Of a stretch of 64,000 bases of DNA, positions 11,546 through 21,856 are shown piece after piece. The notes beneath the pieces were generated by a model, which saw nothing but the letters and a program-made list of their open reading frames with translations, did not search any database and had not been told where the DNA came from. The DNA is taken from positions 57,040,001-57,104,000 of the forward strand of contig OX597821.1 in the NCBI GenBank assembly GCA_951406725.2, read 5' to 3'. Each line of letters opens with the position of its first letter. Position 1 is the first letter of the stretch. The DNA comes from Octopus vulgaris (lineage: Eukaryota). The position numbers were made by a program, and so were the translations under genes.

Positions 11546-11991
11546 ATATATATATATATAATAATAATTTGAGGAAATATTATTCCTAACCTACATGGAA
11601 AAATTCAATTTAGAAATACTAAATCAAATTTCACAAAATATAATTCTACCTATATAAAAGAGGAAAAAAACTTGCACACTTTGGCTTTGGTAAGGATTCA
11701 ATGGCACTAGACGTCATAGGATCGAGCTGAAAATTGACAGGGATACTAAATGCATGGTGAGGATGCGACCTGCGATAGTTAAAAAGCTATAAAGATGTGG
11801 TTGCTATGGCAAAAAGAGTGATTTTTTTAAATATTTCAGCATTCAAAAATAGATACGTTGTAAGGGAAACAACTCAGTAGTTTCAATGATTACATTTACA
11901 AGTAACGACTGTACATAAATATCAAGATTACTTATCTGTTGCGAAATATGTGTGTGAGCATGCGTGTGTGTGTGTGAGTGTGTGCATCTGC

Positions 11992-12025
<34 letters not shown>

Positions 12026-12239
12026 GTTTGTGTGTGTGTGTGCGTGCATATGAGTGCAAGAGTTGGCTGTTAATTCAATCAAACATAAAGAATTTTAAAA
12101 AGTAGTTAAAAAAGCAATTAATCATTTCAAGAATAATTTCACCAAACCCGATAGTATAAAAGGTAGCAAAGCATGATAAAAGATAATAAGAGTAGAAATT
12201 AATATTATTTTTAGCATATAAGGGATCCACTGAGTGGTC

Positions 12240-12626
12240 TCTTCTCTTGTCTATATTTATAAAGCTAAAGTTGTTTTTGTGTGTGGTAGGTTTGGTAGCC
12301 TTCAACTAACTCCTCCGAGACCCTGCAGCGCAAGTTGACCAAAATTGAGAATATGATAGAAGAAGGCTTGATCTTCATTCTGTAGAAGATAAAATTCAAA
12401 TCGGACCATGTTAAGATCAAAAATTAGTTACATCAAAAAGGTACTTTTTTTCTATGAAAATCACTATTTTAAAGGATTTTTTGACTGCTGTGACACCATT
12501 TTTTGGTGTATTTCAACCAGAAAAATGTTCACTTAAAGAGAATAACAAGCTACATAATGCAAAATTTTTACTTTTCAAAAATTCCAATTCTAAAGGGTTG
12601 AAACAAACCCGAGCAACACCCGGTGA
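12240..12626 (+). mobile_element. Non-autonomous Helitron-like element, 3' end truncated
   Basis: 5' TCT..TATATTTATAAAGCT start and subterminal hairpin CCCGAGCAACACCCGG, similar to the CCCGGGCAACGCCGGG hairpin of animal Helitrons; the terminal CTAG is absent where the family B element begins. Confidence 0.55.
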
Positions 12627-12795
12627 TATATATATAAATTAGAAAAAAAACACCTTTCATCAATTCAAAATGAAAAATTAAATTACACCATCTAGAAAAT
12701 TACTGTAATAGAAATATTGAATATAAGATAAAAATACTAAACCGATAATTAAGTAATGTGCAAAAAAATAAATAAAACATATATATTTGGTAGAA

Positions 12796-12899
12796 TAACG
12801 ACAAGTGTTTCATGGCTATGTTTAAGAAATGATTAGAGTAGAAATAATAGTAGTAGTAGTAAAATCACTTCGATATAAATATAGCCACTCATCAGGTTA
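12796..12899 (-). ncRNA. Hammerhead ribozyme motif, family B
   Basis: Revcomp reads TAAC-CTGATGA-GTGGCTATATTT...AAACATAGCCAT-GAAA-CACTTG-TC-GTTA; stem I TAAC/GTTA is perfect. Confidence 0.85.
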
Positions 12900-12974
12900 A
12901 AAATAACTACAATAATAAAATAATTAATTAATAAATACACTTAAATAATCTTTTAAAACAGAAATATATTCTTT

Positions 12975-13015
<41 letters not shown>

Positions 13016-14172
13016 TACTAAATATACATAAAGGGAAAACTAAATGCAACACTTTATACTATATACATTAAATCAGATTATTAATTAATATATTTATTTA
13101 ATAAACATCCAAATACAGTCTAATACCCATTAAGCAATTAATACTAAAACCTTAAAATTATTAATATACACAATGCTAGTACAAGCCATAAATACTGGAA
13201 TCAAAATAAGAAATGGTTCAAATATAGAAACACTCATTAAATAAACTAACTATATAATTAATATATATGTAGTATCCATAGATATAATATATCACTCAAT
13301 AATAAAGTTGACTAAAATATCAATTAATATAAAATCTAATTTACTTAAATGTAATACTACTTAATAAATATACCACCTAATTATTAAATAATGTATTGTC
13401 TAACAAAATTAATTCTCAAATTAACTTGTAAGTAATATGTTAGATCCCTTTATAAAAAAATAATAATAAATCATTCTAAATAAATAGATATAATAATTAA
13501 AAACTATCATAACTTATAACTATCAATATATATAAAAAATGATAATATTTCAACAACAATAATAATAACAATAACAAACAAACCCAATATAATTCAAAAG
13601 ACAAATAATATTTATAAGCAAAAACCGTTACTTAACTTGTCAATGAAAATAATATAACTGAATTTTAAACATAAAAAAATATATAGGTCTTAGTGCTTAT
13701 AATAATTGAACGTGTGAAGACTTAGTGTAAATAAATATAATAAATTATCAATGAAAATGGTGATAACTATTTACTAATGAAAAGCAAGAAAAACATCTAA
13801 GCCCCATAAATTAAAGAAAGGTACGAAAAATATTAGAACAAATGAACAATACACTATGAAAACATTCAACTACAATCGACAGTCCACAACAAATCCAGTC
13901 AATAACAATAACAACAATCAAACTCAATATAATACAAAATCCAAATAACATTGATATACAAGCAACTTTACTAAGCTTATCGATTAAATTAATATATCTG
14001 AATTTTAAATGTATAAAAATAGGTCTTAGCGTCTTAATTAATATACCCAATGCTATTACTAGTTATAAATAATGCAATCAAATATAGGAAATGGTTCAAA
14101 TATACACAAACGCATTAATTAATCAATAATCTGATTTAATGTATATAGTTTTCACTTAATGTATATTTAGTA

Positions 14173-14233
<61 letters not shown>

Positions 14234-14344
14234 GATATATATAGATAGATATATATAGATATATATTTTAAAGAATATATTTCTATTTTAAAAGATTATT
14301 TACGTATATTTATTAATTAATTATTTTATATTCATAGTTATTTT

Positions 14345-14448
14345 TAACCTGATGAGTGGCTATATTTATATCGAAGTGATTTTACTACTACGACTACTAT
14401 TTTTACTATAATCATTTCTTAAATATAGCCACGAAACACGTGTCATTA
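14345..14448 (+). ncRNA. Hammerhead ribozyme motif, family B (canonical core, GUC site, long stem II)
   Basis: TAAC-CTGATGA-GTGGCTATATTT...AAATATAGCCAC-GAAA-CACGTG-TC-ATTA: 12-bp perfect basal stem II and palindromic stem III ACACGTGT. Confidence 0.9.
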
Positions 14449-14602
14449 TTCTACCAAATATATACGTTTTATTTTTTTTTTTTACACATTACTTAATAAT
14501 CGGTTTAGTATTTTTATCTTATATTCAATATTTCTATTATGTGTAATTTTCTAGATGGTGTAATTTAATTTTTCATTTTGAATTGATGAAAGGTGGTTTT
14601 GG

Positions 14603-15412
14603 TCGAGCATGACCTTTGAACGTTGGGTCTCACAGAGGCAATGACGGAAGACCGAGACGTCTGGAGATATGTTGTGACTGCGAAAACCCGACAAATAATG
14701 TGAGTTCAAAGCTGTTTCCTGCACCAGCTTCACATAGAAACCCCAGCCCTTCCAAAGTGCCTTGGATCGTAGGGCGACCTGCTGTGCTTGAGGAGACCTA
14801 TTGAGTCAAGTACGTCAGCATCAAAAATCAAATGGAAATTGTGGTTGCGATACTTGTGCTGGTAGCATGTAAAATGCACCATCCATACATGGCCAATGCC
14901 AGCGCTGCCATGACTGGTTTCCGTGCCAGTAACATGTAAAAAGCACCAACCATTCGTGGCTGTTGCCAGCCTACCCTGGCACCTGTGTTAGTGGCACCTA
15001 AAAAGCACCATCAGTACGTGACAGATACCAGCGCGCCTTGACTGGCTTCCATGTCAGTGGCACTTAATAAGCACCAACCATTTGTGGCCATTGCCAGCCT
15101 ACCCTGGCACATGTGACAGTGGCACGTAAAAAGCACCATACGTATGTGGCCGATACCAGCGCCACCATGACTGGCTTCCATGCTGGTGGCACATAAAAAG
15201 CACCAACCGATCGTGGCTATTGCCAGCCTCCCCTGGCACGTAACAAGCACCCACTACACTCACCAAGTGGTTGGCGTTAGGAAGGGCATCCAGCTGTAGA
15301 AACACTGCAAGATCAGACTGGAGCCTGGTGCAGCCTCCTGGCTTCCCAGAACCCGGTCGAACTGTCCAACCCATGCTACCATGGAAAACGGATGTTAAAC
15401 GATGATGATGAT
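14603..15412 (+). mobile_element. RTE-type 3' region with internal tandem array and (GAT)n tail
   Basis: Six alternating units of about 60-70 bp, each with TGGCACGTAAAAAGCACC, then the conserved tail. Confidence 0.85.
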
Positions 15413-16187
15413 ATATATATAGCAGCATACATACACTTTGGTCTCTTATATGTAAGTATATATTTATCTAAATCTTGTACAACTCTAGTCTTCCTTTCTT
15501 TTATTCTTTCCTTCTTTCAATCTGCCCTTTCATGCTTGCTTCCTTCATTCTACACTTCATTCTTTCGTTCCCCCTTTCTCGCATTTCTTTGCCTTCTCTT
15601 CTTGCTCACTTTCCCTCCTCTTTTCACTTCACTGTGTCCCTGTCATTTTTGTCTCGCCACCTCCTTATTTCTTATGTCCCTCTGCCTCTACCTCTCTGTC
15701 TTCTCTCTCCACGTGACCGGTGTTTGGCCAAGCCTAACCTTCCTTTCTTGGTTTGACTACCATCCATGCAACATCTATATTCCTCCCTGTACCTATTAAA
15801 TCGTATGACCCTACTGTAAAGCATTACTTCCATACATGCCAGCTTAATTCAATTTATCCTTAATCGAAAGACACCTGTTGTTATGTCCTGTTATTTGTAT
15901 TTGTGTAACATTCTCCGTTTTTTCCCATCTTTGTTTTCATATACATTCACTGCTTTTTTCCAAGGTATCTAATACTCTTACCTTAGTTTTTCCTTGGGGC
16001 TGGCCAGATTGGAGCAATCTCGAGAATAACCAGCCAAAATTGCAAAGATAATCTGCAACTCGACTGAGGAAAGAAAACTCTGAATGGCCCGTCCTTGTTT
16101 TCTTTGTATCATCTATCTGGATGTTTTGTTGTCCCTTTTTTGTATCACCTGTCTGGATGTTTTGCATTCTTGTCCCATTTTGTATTT

Positions 16188-16237
<50 letters not shown>

Positions 16238-16267
16238 TATGTATACATATATATATATATATATATA

Positions 16268-16632
16268 TCAAATTCGCTGACGTGACTGATGACAGTACTG
16301 CCTGACTGGCACCTGTGCCAGTGGAATGTTAAGAGCACCATCTAAGCGTGATTGTTGCCAGGGCCGCTGACTGGCTCTCATACCGGTGGCACATAAAAAA
16401 ACAATTTGAGTGTGGCCATCGCCAGTACCACCTGACTGGCCCTTGTGCTGATGGCACATAGAAGCATCATCTACACTCTTGGAATGGTTGGCGTTAGGAA
16501 GGGCATCCAACTGTAGAAACTCTGCCAGATCAGACTGGAGCCTGGTGTAGTCATCTAGCTCACCAGTCCTCAGTCAAACCATCTAACCCATGCCAGCTTG
16601 GAAAGCGGACGTTAAACGATGATGATGATGAT
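16268..16632 (+). mobile_element. RTE-type tail with (GAT)n
   Basis: Conserved tail sequence. Confidence 0.85.
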
Positions 16633-17094
16633 ATATATATATATATCAGTCTCTTTAAACCAAGCTGCTAAGTTATGGGGATGTAAATACTTGAACACCA
16701 GTTGTCAAGTGGTTGTGTGAGGCAAACATAGACAAAAAGACACACACACTCACACACTCTTCATCATCATTATCATCATCATCATTGTCATCATCATCGT
16801 CATCATTGTCATCATCATTGTCATCGTCGTTATCATCATGATCGTCATCATCATCATTTAACACCCGTTTTCCATTCTAGCATGGGTTGAACTGTGTCAA
16901 AGTAGCTGGCCAGGCAGAAGACTGCACCAGGCTTCACTGTCTCGTCTACACAAATCCATTCACAAGGCATTGGTCAGTCAGCCCAAGGTTATGGTGGAAG
17001 TGCCCAAGGTGCCCTGCAGCATAATTGTTGTTGAGAGTTTGGAATATGGTCATGTGGCAGGTACTTTCTTTTTTCAAGAAATTTTCCAACTATA

Positions 17095-17510
17095 GGTGTA
17101 GGAGTGGCTGTGTGGTAAGTAGCTTGCTTACGAACCAGATGGTTCCGAGTTCAGTCCCACTGCGTGGCACTTTGGGCAAGTGTCTTCTACTACAGCCATG
17201 GATCGACCAAAGCTTTGTGATTGGATTTGGTAGACGGAAACTGAAAGAAGCCTGTTGTATATATGTATATAATATATATATATATGTATGTGTGTACATA
17301 TATGTTTGTGTGTCTGTGTTTGTCCCCCCCAACATCGCTTGACAACTGATGCTGGTGTGTTTATGTCCCCGTAACTAAGCAGTTCAGCAAAAGAGTCTGA
17401 TAGAATAAATACTAGTTTTACAAAGAATAAGTCCTGGGGTCGATTTGCTCGACTGAAGGCGGTGCTCCAGCATGGCCGCAGTCAAATGACTGAAACAAGT
17501 AAAAGAGTAA
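17095..17510 (+). mobile_element. SINE family 1, full length
   Basis: Head, internal microsatellite and tail as at 6219-6640. Confidence 0.95.
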
Positions 17511-18169
17511 CGTTACCCGATTGTAATTCATCATCATCATCATCATTATCATTTAACGTCTGCCTTCCATTGAGGTTGCTAATAAAAGATTTGTATAATT
17601 TTTGGTGTTTCACATTCAATATTCTTTCCTTTGTTAATTCTTTCCCACTCTCAAATCTAATTCGATAATTTCCAATTTTCAAAAAAAATGATGTCTAAAA
17701 TGGGGTAAAATGAATAATGACTAATTCCAGTAATTTCTTCTATTTAACTAAATGCCGTGTAAAAATCTCAGGAAGAGAGCTACTCCAGCAGATCATGAAG
17801 ATGTCTTAGAGGGCATTTATGTAGAGAATCCTAAATTTCATATCATGTGCCATTTTTCCATGATCCTCTTTCATTTGCCCAAGACATTTAGAATTTTGGT
17901 TGCATTTCTAATTTTTCTGATGTCTAAGGATGGATACGGATGTGTTTGAGTCTGTTTTCAAATGTGATTCTGAAGAACTGAGGAAGTAAATTTACTTTAC
18001 TTTGGCTTACTCATTTTGCCCAGCTAAATTTGTGTGTTGTACACTCAAAAAGAATGGAGATAATTTCTTGAAATAGTGTTCTGAATATGTTACAGTATTT
18101 TTAATGCATTTAGAGGTCATTTGCTTCACTGATATAGTTTCTGTAAGGTAGTAAACATTTATTCTTTTA

Positions 18170-18799
18170 TTTGTACATTATTTACACTTGACAGATATTT
18201 GTCCTCATATGCTTGTGGCATATGGCATTAAGAGCGTGGGCTACTAACCACAAGATTCCGAGTTAGATTCCAGGCAGTGACCTAAATAATAATAATAATG
18301 ATGATAATAATAATAATGCCCTGATGCAGTACCAGACAGTGGCTCTCATGGCTTTTGATCTTAACTGATTGGAAATGTTATGTACATTGTTTTGTTGGTA
18401 TAAAAGATGGGCTACAGCAAATATTCTGCTCAATGCCACAGATTTGCTTGCTGGTTGTTTGACCATAACCAGTTGACCATGTCCCTTAGTGGCTGATGAT
18501 ATGTGCATCTCTGATCACAAACAGAAGTAGTGTGGGAGCATCATAGCCATGTTCATTCAACATCCTTAAACAACCCTTATTCAGGGACCTTTTGAGCAGG
18601 ATGGGTTACTTGACCAGAAGAAAATTCTAACTGGGCCCCACCTGCAAGGTCATGTGCTGTTAATCTTGATATGAGATCACCATGTCGAGCACATATGGTT
18701 GTGACGCATGTGTCTAGTGTACCCTTATCAGATGGGTATACTGGGTTCCATATATTTTACTCTAGTGTTACTTTGATGGCATGTACTGCTCTCTCACTC

Positions 18800-18842
<43 letters not shown>

Positions 18843-19045
18843 TTAACAACAACAACAACAACATCAAAAAATACCTTAGGAATAAGAACCCAGGTTCGAA
18901 ATTTTCCCCAGACACCTGATGAAGGCTGGAGGGTATATCAGCGGAAACGTGTTAACAACAAAGAATGAGGACAAATATCCGTCAAATGTAAATAATATAA
19001 ATATTGTAAATAATGTACATAATCCCTCATCTCTTAAATATAGAA
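18170..19045. mobile_element. Foldback family C (tRNA-like head, (AAT)n, hammerhead); left arm mostly deleted, right arm interrupted by an insert at about 18318-18800
   Basis: Matches 33307-33781 and 43740-44205; hammerhead-like CTGATGA..GAAACGT at 18911-18953. Confidence 0.8.
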
Positions 19046-19387
19046 CTGTATTATCTTTTATTTGTTTCAGTCATTTGATTGTAGCCATGCTGGAGCATTA
19101 CCTTTAGTCAAACTAATTGATTCCAGGACTTATTCTTTGTAAACCTAGTACTTATTCTATCAGTGTCTTTTGCTGAACCACTAAGTTATGGAGACATAAA
19201 CACACAAACATTGGTTGCCAAGCGATGGTGGAGGGACAAACACAGACACACAAACATATACATATATATGTATATGTATATATATATGTATGTCTTAGAA
19301 GAAATGAGGTACTCAGAAATCTGTATGGTTTTATATTTACAGATATTTATTAGTATGTTACATGTTTTTACAAATCATATATCATAT

Positions 19388-19424
19388 ATTAGCGTTTTCG
19401 TCCACTCTAGTGGAGTTTTCAAAT
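19388..19424 (-). ncRNA. Minimal hammerhead ribozyme motif, family G (U3-A8)
   Basis: Revcomp AT-TTGAAAA-cTCCAC taga GTGGAc-GAAA-acgc-TA-AT, about 100 nt from an (AT)n-flanked end. Confidence 0.55.
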
Positions 19425-19777
19425 TGATCTTTTGCAGGAATTTTGACTCATTTCATAGTATTATTGAGTGTGTTGGGGTGGGGAGAGATATAAGATAGTA
19501 CAAGAGGGTGAGGAATGGGGAGAAAGTGAGAGAGAGCGTGTGTGTGTGTGTTTCTCTATCTGAAAGGGATGTTAAAGAAAAAGGGAAGGAAAGGAAGGAG
19601 AGAAAGAAAAAAATTGTTGATATCTTTGCAGCTGGTCAGTCTTTCAAGAGTAAGTATTTTTGGCTTTTAGCAGTGGCAAACCCAGCTGGTCACTCCAAGG
19701 GGGGCAAAATGTCACTTTTCAAAAAATTGCCTGGATTTCCTTTTTATCATTGTCTTGTGAGAGAGTGTGTGTGTGTA

Positions 19778-19818
<41 letters not shown>

Positions 19819-19854
19819 CTTTCTGTAGAAGAGTGTAAGCTCGAAACGTAAAAG
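19819..19854 (+). ncRNA. Minimal hammerhead ribozyme motif, family F (A6 mutated)
   Basis: CTTT-CTGTAGA-aGAGT gtaa GCTC-GAAA-CG-TA-AAAG: perfect stem I, palindromic ACGT stem III, GUA site; inside a 130-bp insert between (AT)n tracts. Confidence 0.65.
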
Positions 19855-20064
19855 ACTTTTTCTATTCCTGAGCGTTATACTAATACATCTGTTTGTTTTG
19901 TACACCACCTCTCTTCGTCTTTTGTTTTTTCGTAAACTCTCCCTATATATATGGATATATATATATATGTATATGAGTGTGTATATGTATGTGTGTATAT
20001 ATATATATATATGCTTACATACATATACATATGAGTACCCCTCATTCATTGGACAATAAACTTT

Positions 20065-20452
20065 GCTTGCGAAGACCTACTGAGGCAGGTGAAATCAAAT
20101 CAAAATCACTGATGTGGCTGATGACAGTACCGCCTTACCGGCACATGAAAAACAACATTTGAGCATGGTCGTTGCCAATGCCACAGGACTAGCTCCTGTG
20201 CAGGTAGCATGTATAAAACACCTTTTGATCATGATCGTTGCCAGAACCGCCTGACTGGCCCTCGTGCCGGTGGCATGTAAAAGCACCCATTACACTCAGA
20301 GTGGTTGGCGTTAGGAAGGGCATCCAGCTTTAGAAACTTTGCCAGATCAGATTGAGCTTGGTGCAGCCTTGTGGCTCACCAGTCCTCAGCTAAACCGTCC
20401 AACCCATGCTAGCATGGAAAGTGGATGTTAAACGACAATGATGGTGATGATA
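20065..20452 (+). mobile_element. RTE-type tail with tandem units
   Basis: Conserved tail and (GAT)n-like end. Confidence 0.8.
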
Positions 20453-20739
20453 TACGATGGGCTTCTTTCAGTTTCTGTCTACCAAATCCACTCGCAAGGC
20501 TTTGGTCTCTCTGAGCCTATAGTAGAAGAGACTTGCTCAAGGTGACATGCAGCGGGACTGAACCTGGAACCATGTGGTTGGAAAGTAAGCTTCTTACCAC
20601 ACAACCACGTCTGCACCTGTATTTGTAAAAAATACATTTTCCTTAAGTCAGAAATGCAGTAAAAGTTCCTCAGTGTGACCTCCCCATCTGTGTGTATATA
20701 TATATATATACATATATATATATGTACATTTATATGTAC

Positions 20740-20770
<31 letters not shown>

Positions 20771-21249
20771 TGTATGTATGTATGTATGTATGTGTGTGTG
20801 TGTTTGTGTGTGTATGTGTGTGCATGTCTTCCTTTGTCTCCCTCACACCACCACTTGACAACATGTGTTGACGCAGTTATTTCCCTGTAACTTAGCTGTT
20901 CAGCCAAATGACTAATAGAATAAGTATCATGCTTCAAAAAAAAAAAAACAATAGATAAATAAAAAGAGTAAGAAGTACGGGAGTTGATTCGTTTGACTAA
21001 AGTTCGTCATGGGGTGGCCCTGAATAGCTGCAGTCCATGACAAATAATGATAAAAGATAGATATATTTAAACAAGGAAATTTTAATTATGATTTCATCTT
21101 TATTGATGAGAGCAAATTGTAATCTAAATAATTAACTGTGGTCAGAAACACAGGGAGATAATCCTAAAGTTTTAATTAATTAAAAGTAATGATATGCGAA
21201 ATGGGAGAAGGTCTTATTGTTACTAATATGGAGACTTATGGATGAAGGA

Positions 21250-21793
21250 TGTTAACAGCTGCGAGAAAATCGAAATCGAAATCGGAAGGCTTTGGAATAA
21301 GGTCTCTTGTAATATTTGTTCTGCCCTAAAGTAAACACACTCCCATGTCACTTTTGCCGTGGGAAATACAGTAGATCAGTAGCTGGTACGTTTGAAAACT
21401 GTAATTAATAGCGCAATTGTTCTCTAACCGCATTAAAAATTTTGAAAAAATTACAATAAATAAGTAAACATTGAGCACATAATGTATTTGTGTTCTGAGC
21501 ACGGTGAAAAGTTATGATTGGCTACCGGTGCTGCCACTAATTAAGCAACGGCGGATTTAATTTCCATCAAAGGGGAAGAACCGATAAAAAAGTCGGTGAT
21601 GTCAAACGGTGCAGGCATCAGCGGCTGCCTGTAACAGCGGCTTTCGCTGTTCTCATACGGACACAATATTGTTTTTTTTTTGTATACAGGCCTGCACTTG
21701 TAAATGTTTATTCGCTGTTAGCCGTAATTAGAGAACAAGCGGGCGTTTAAGCTTAATACACATAGTCGTGTAGTCTGGCTATCAATACATAAA
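21250..21793 (+). promoter_or_regulatory. Probable promoter/5' UTR of the NBEAL-like gene
   Basis: Abrupt rise in CpG density, no recognisable TEs, inverted CCAAT (GATTGGC near 21517), directly upstream of an AAAATGG start context. Confidence 0.6.
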
Positions 21794-21856
21794 ATGGAGG
21801 ACTCACCGAGTCCTCAAGATACTCTCTCCCAAATCTGGATGCTATACACGGCCAAG
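21794..21856 (+). CDS. NBEAL1: First coding exon of a neurobeachin-like (BEACH-domain, NBEAL1/NBEAL2-type) gene
   Basis: AAAATGG start; 21 codons MEDSPSPQDTLSQIWMLYTAK followed by a consensus donor AAG/GTGAGT (phase 0). It aligns by eye with human NBEAL1 MASRERLFELWMLYCTK, whose first coding exon ends at the equivalent residue as I recall it. Likely co-ortholog of NBEAL1/2; exon 2 not found in the window. Confidence 0.8.

Larger units (their letters stand above)
12635..14600. mobile_element. Foldback element family B, extremely AT-rich, arms of about 450 bp around a 1 kb spacer
   Basis: 12651-13095 is the reverse complement of about 14110-14595; canonical hammerhead core in both arms. Confidence 0.9.

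Noticed and set aside
12640-14600. Mitochondrial control-region insertion (NUMT) suggested by extreme AT content
   Set aside because: No mitochondrial gene or tRNA remnants recognised; the inverted arms with hammerheads explain the structure better.
16060-16095. CTGAGGA..GAAT as another hammerhead in the 15440-16190/11270-11545 repeat
   Set aside because: GAAA and stems I/III are not satisfied in either copy.
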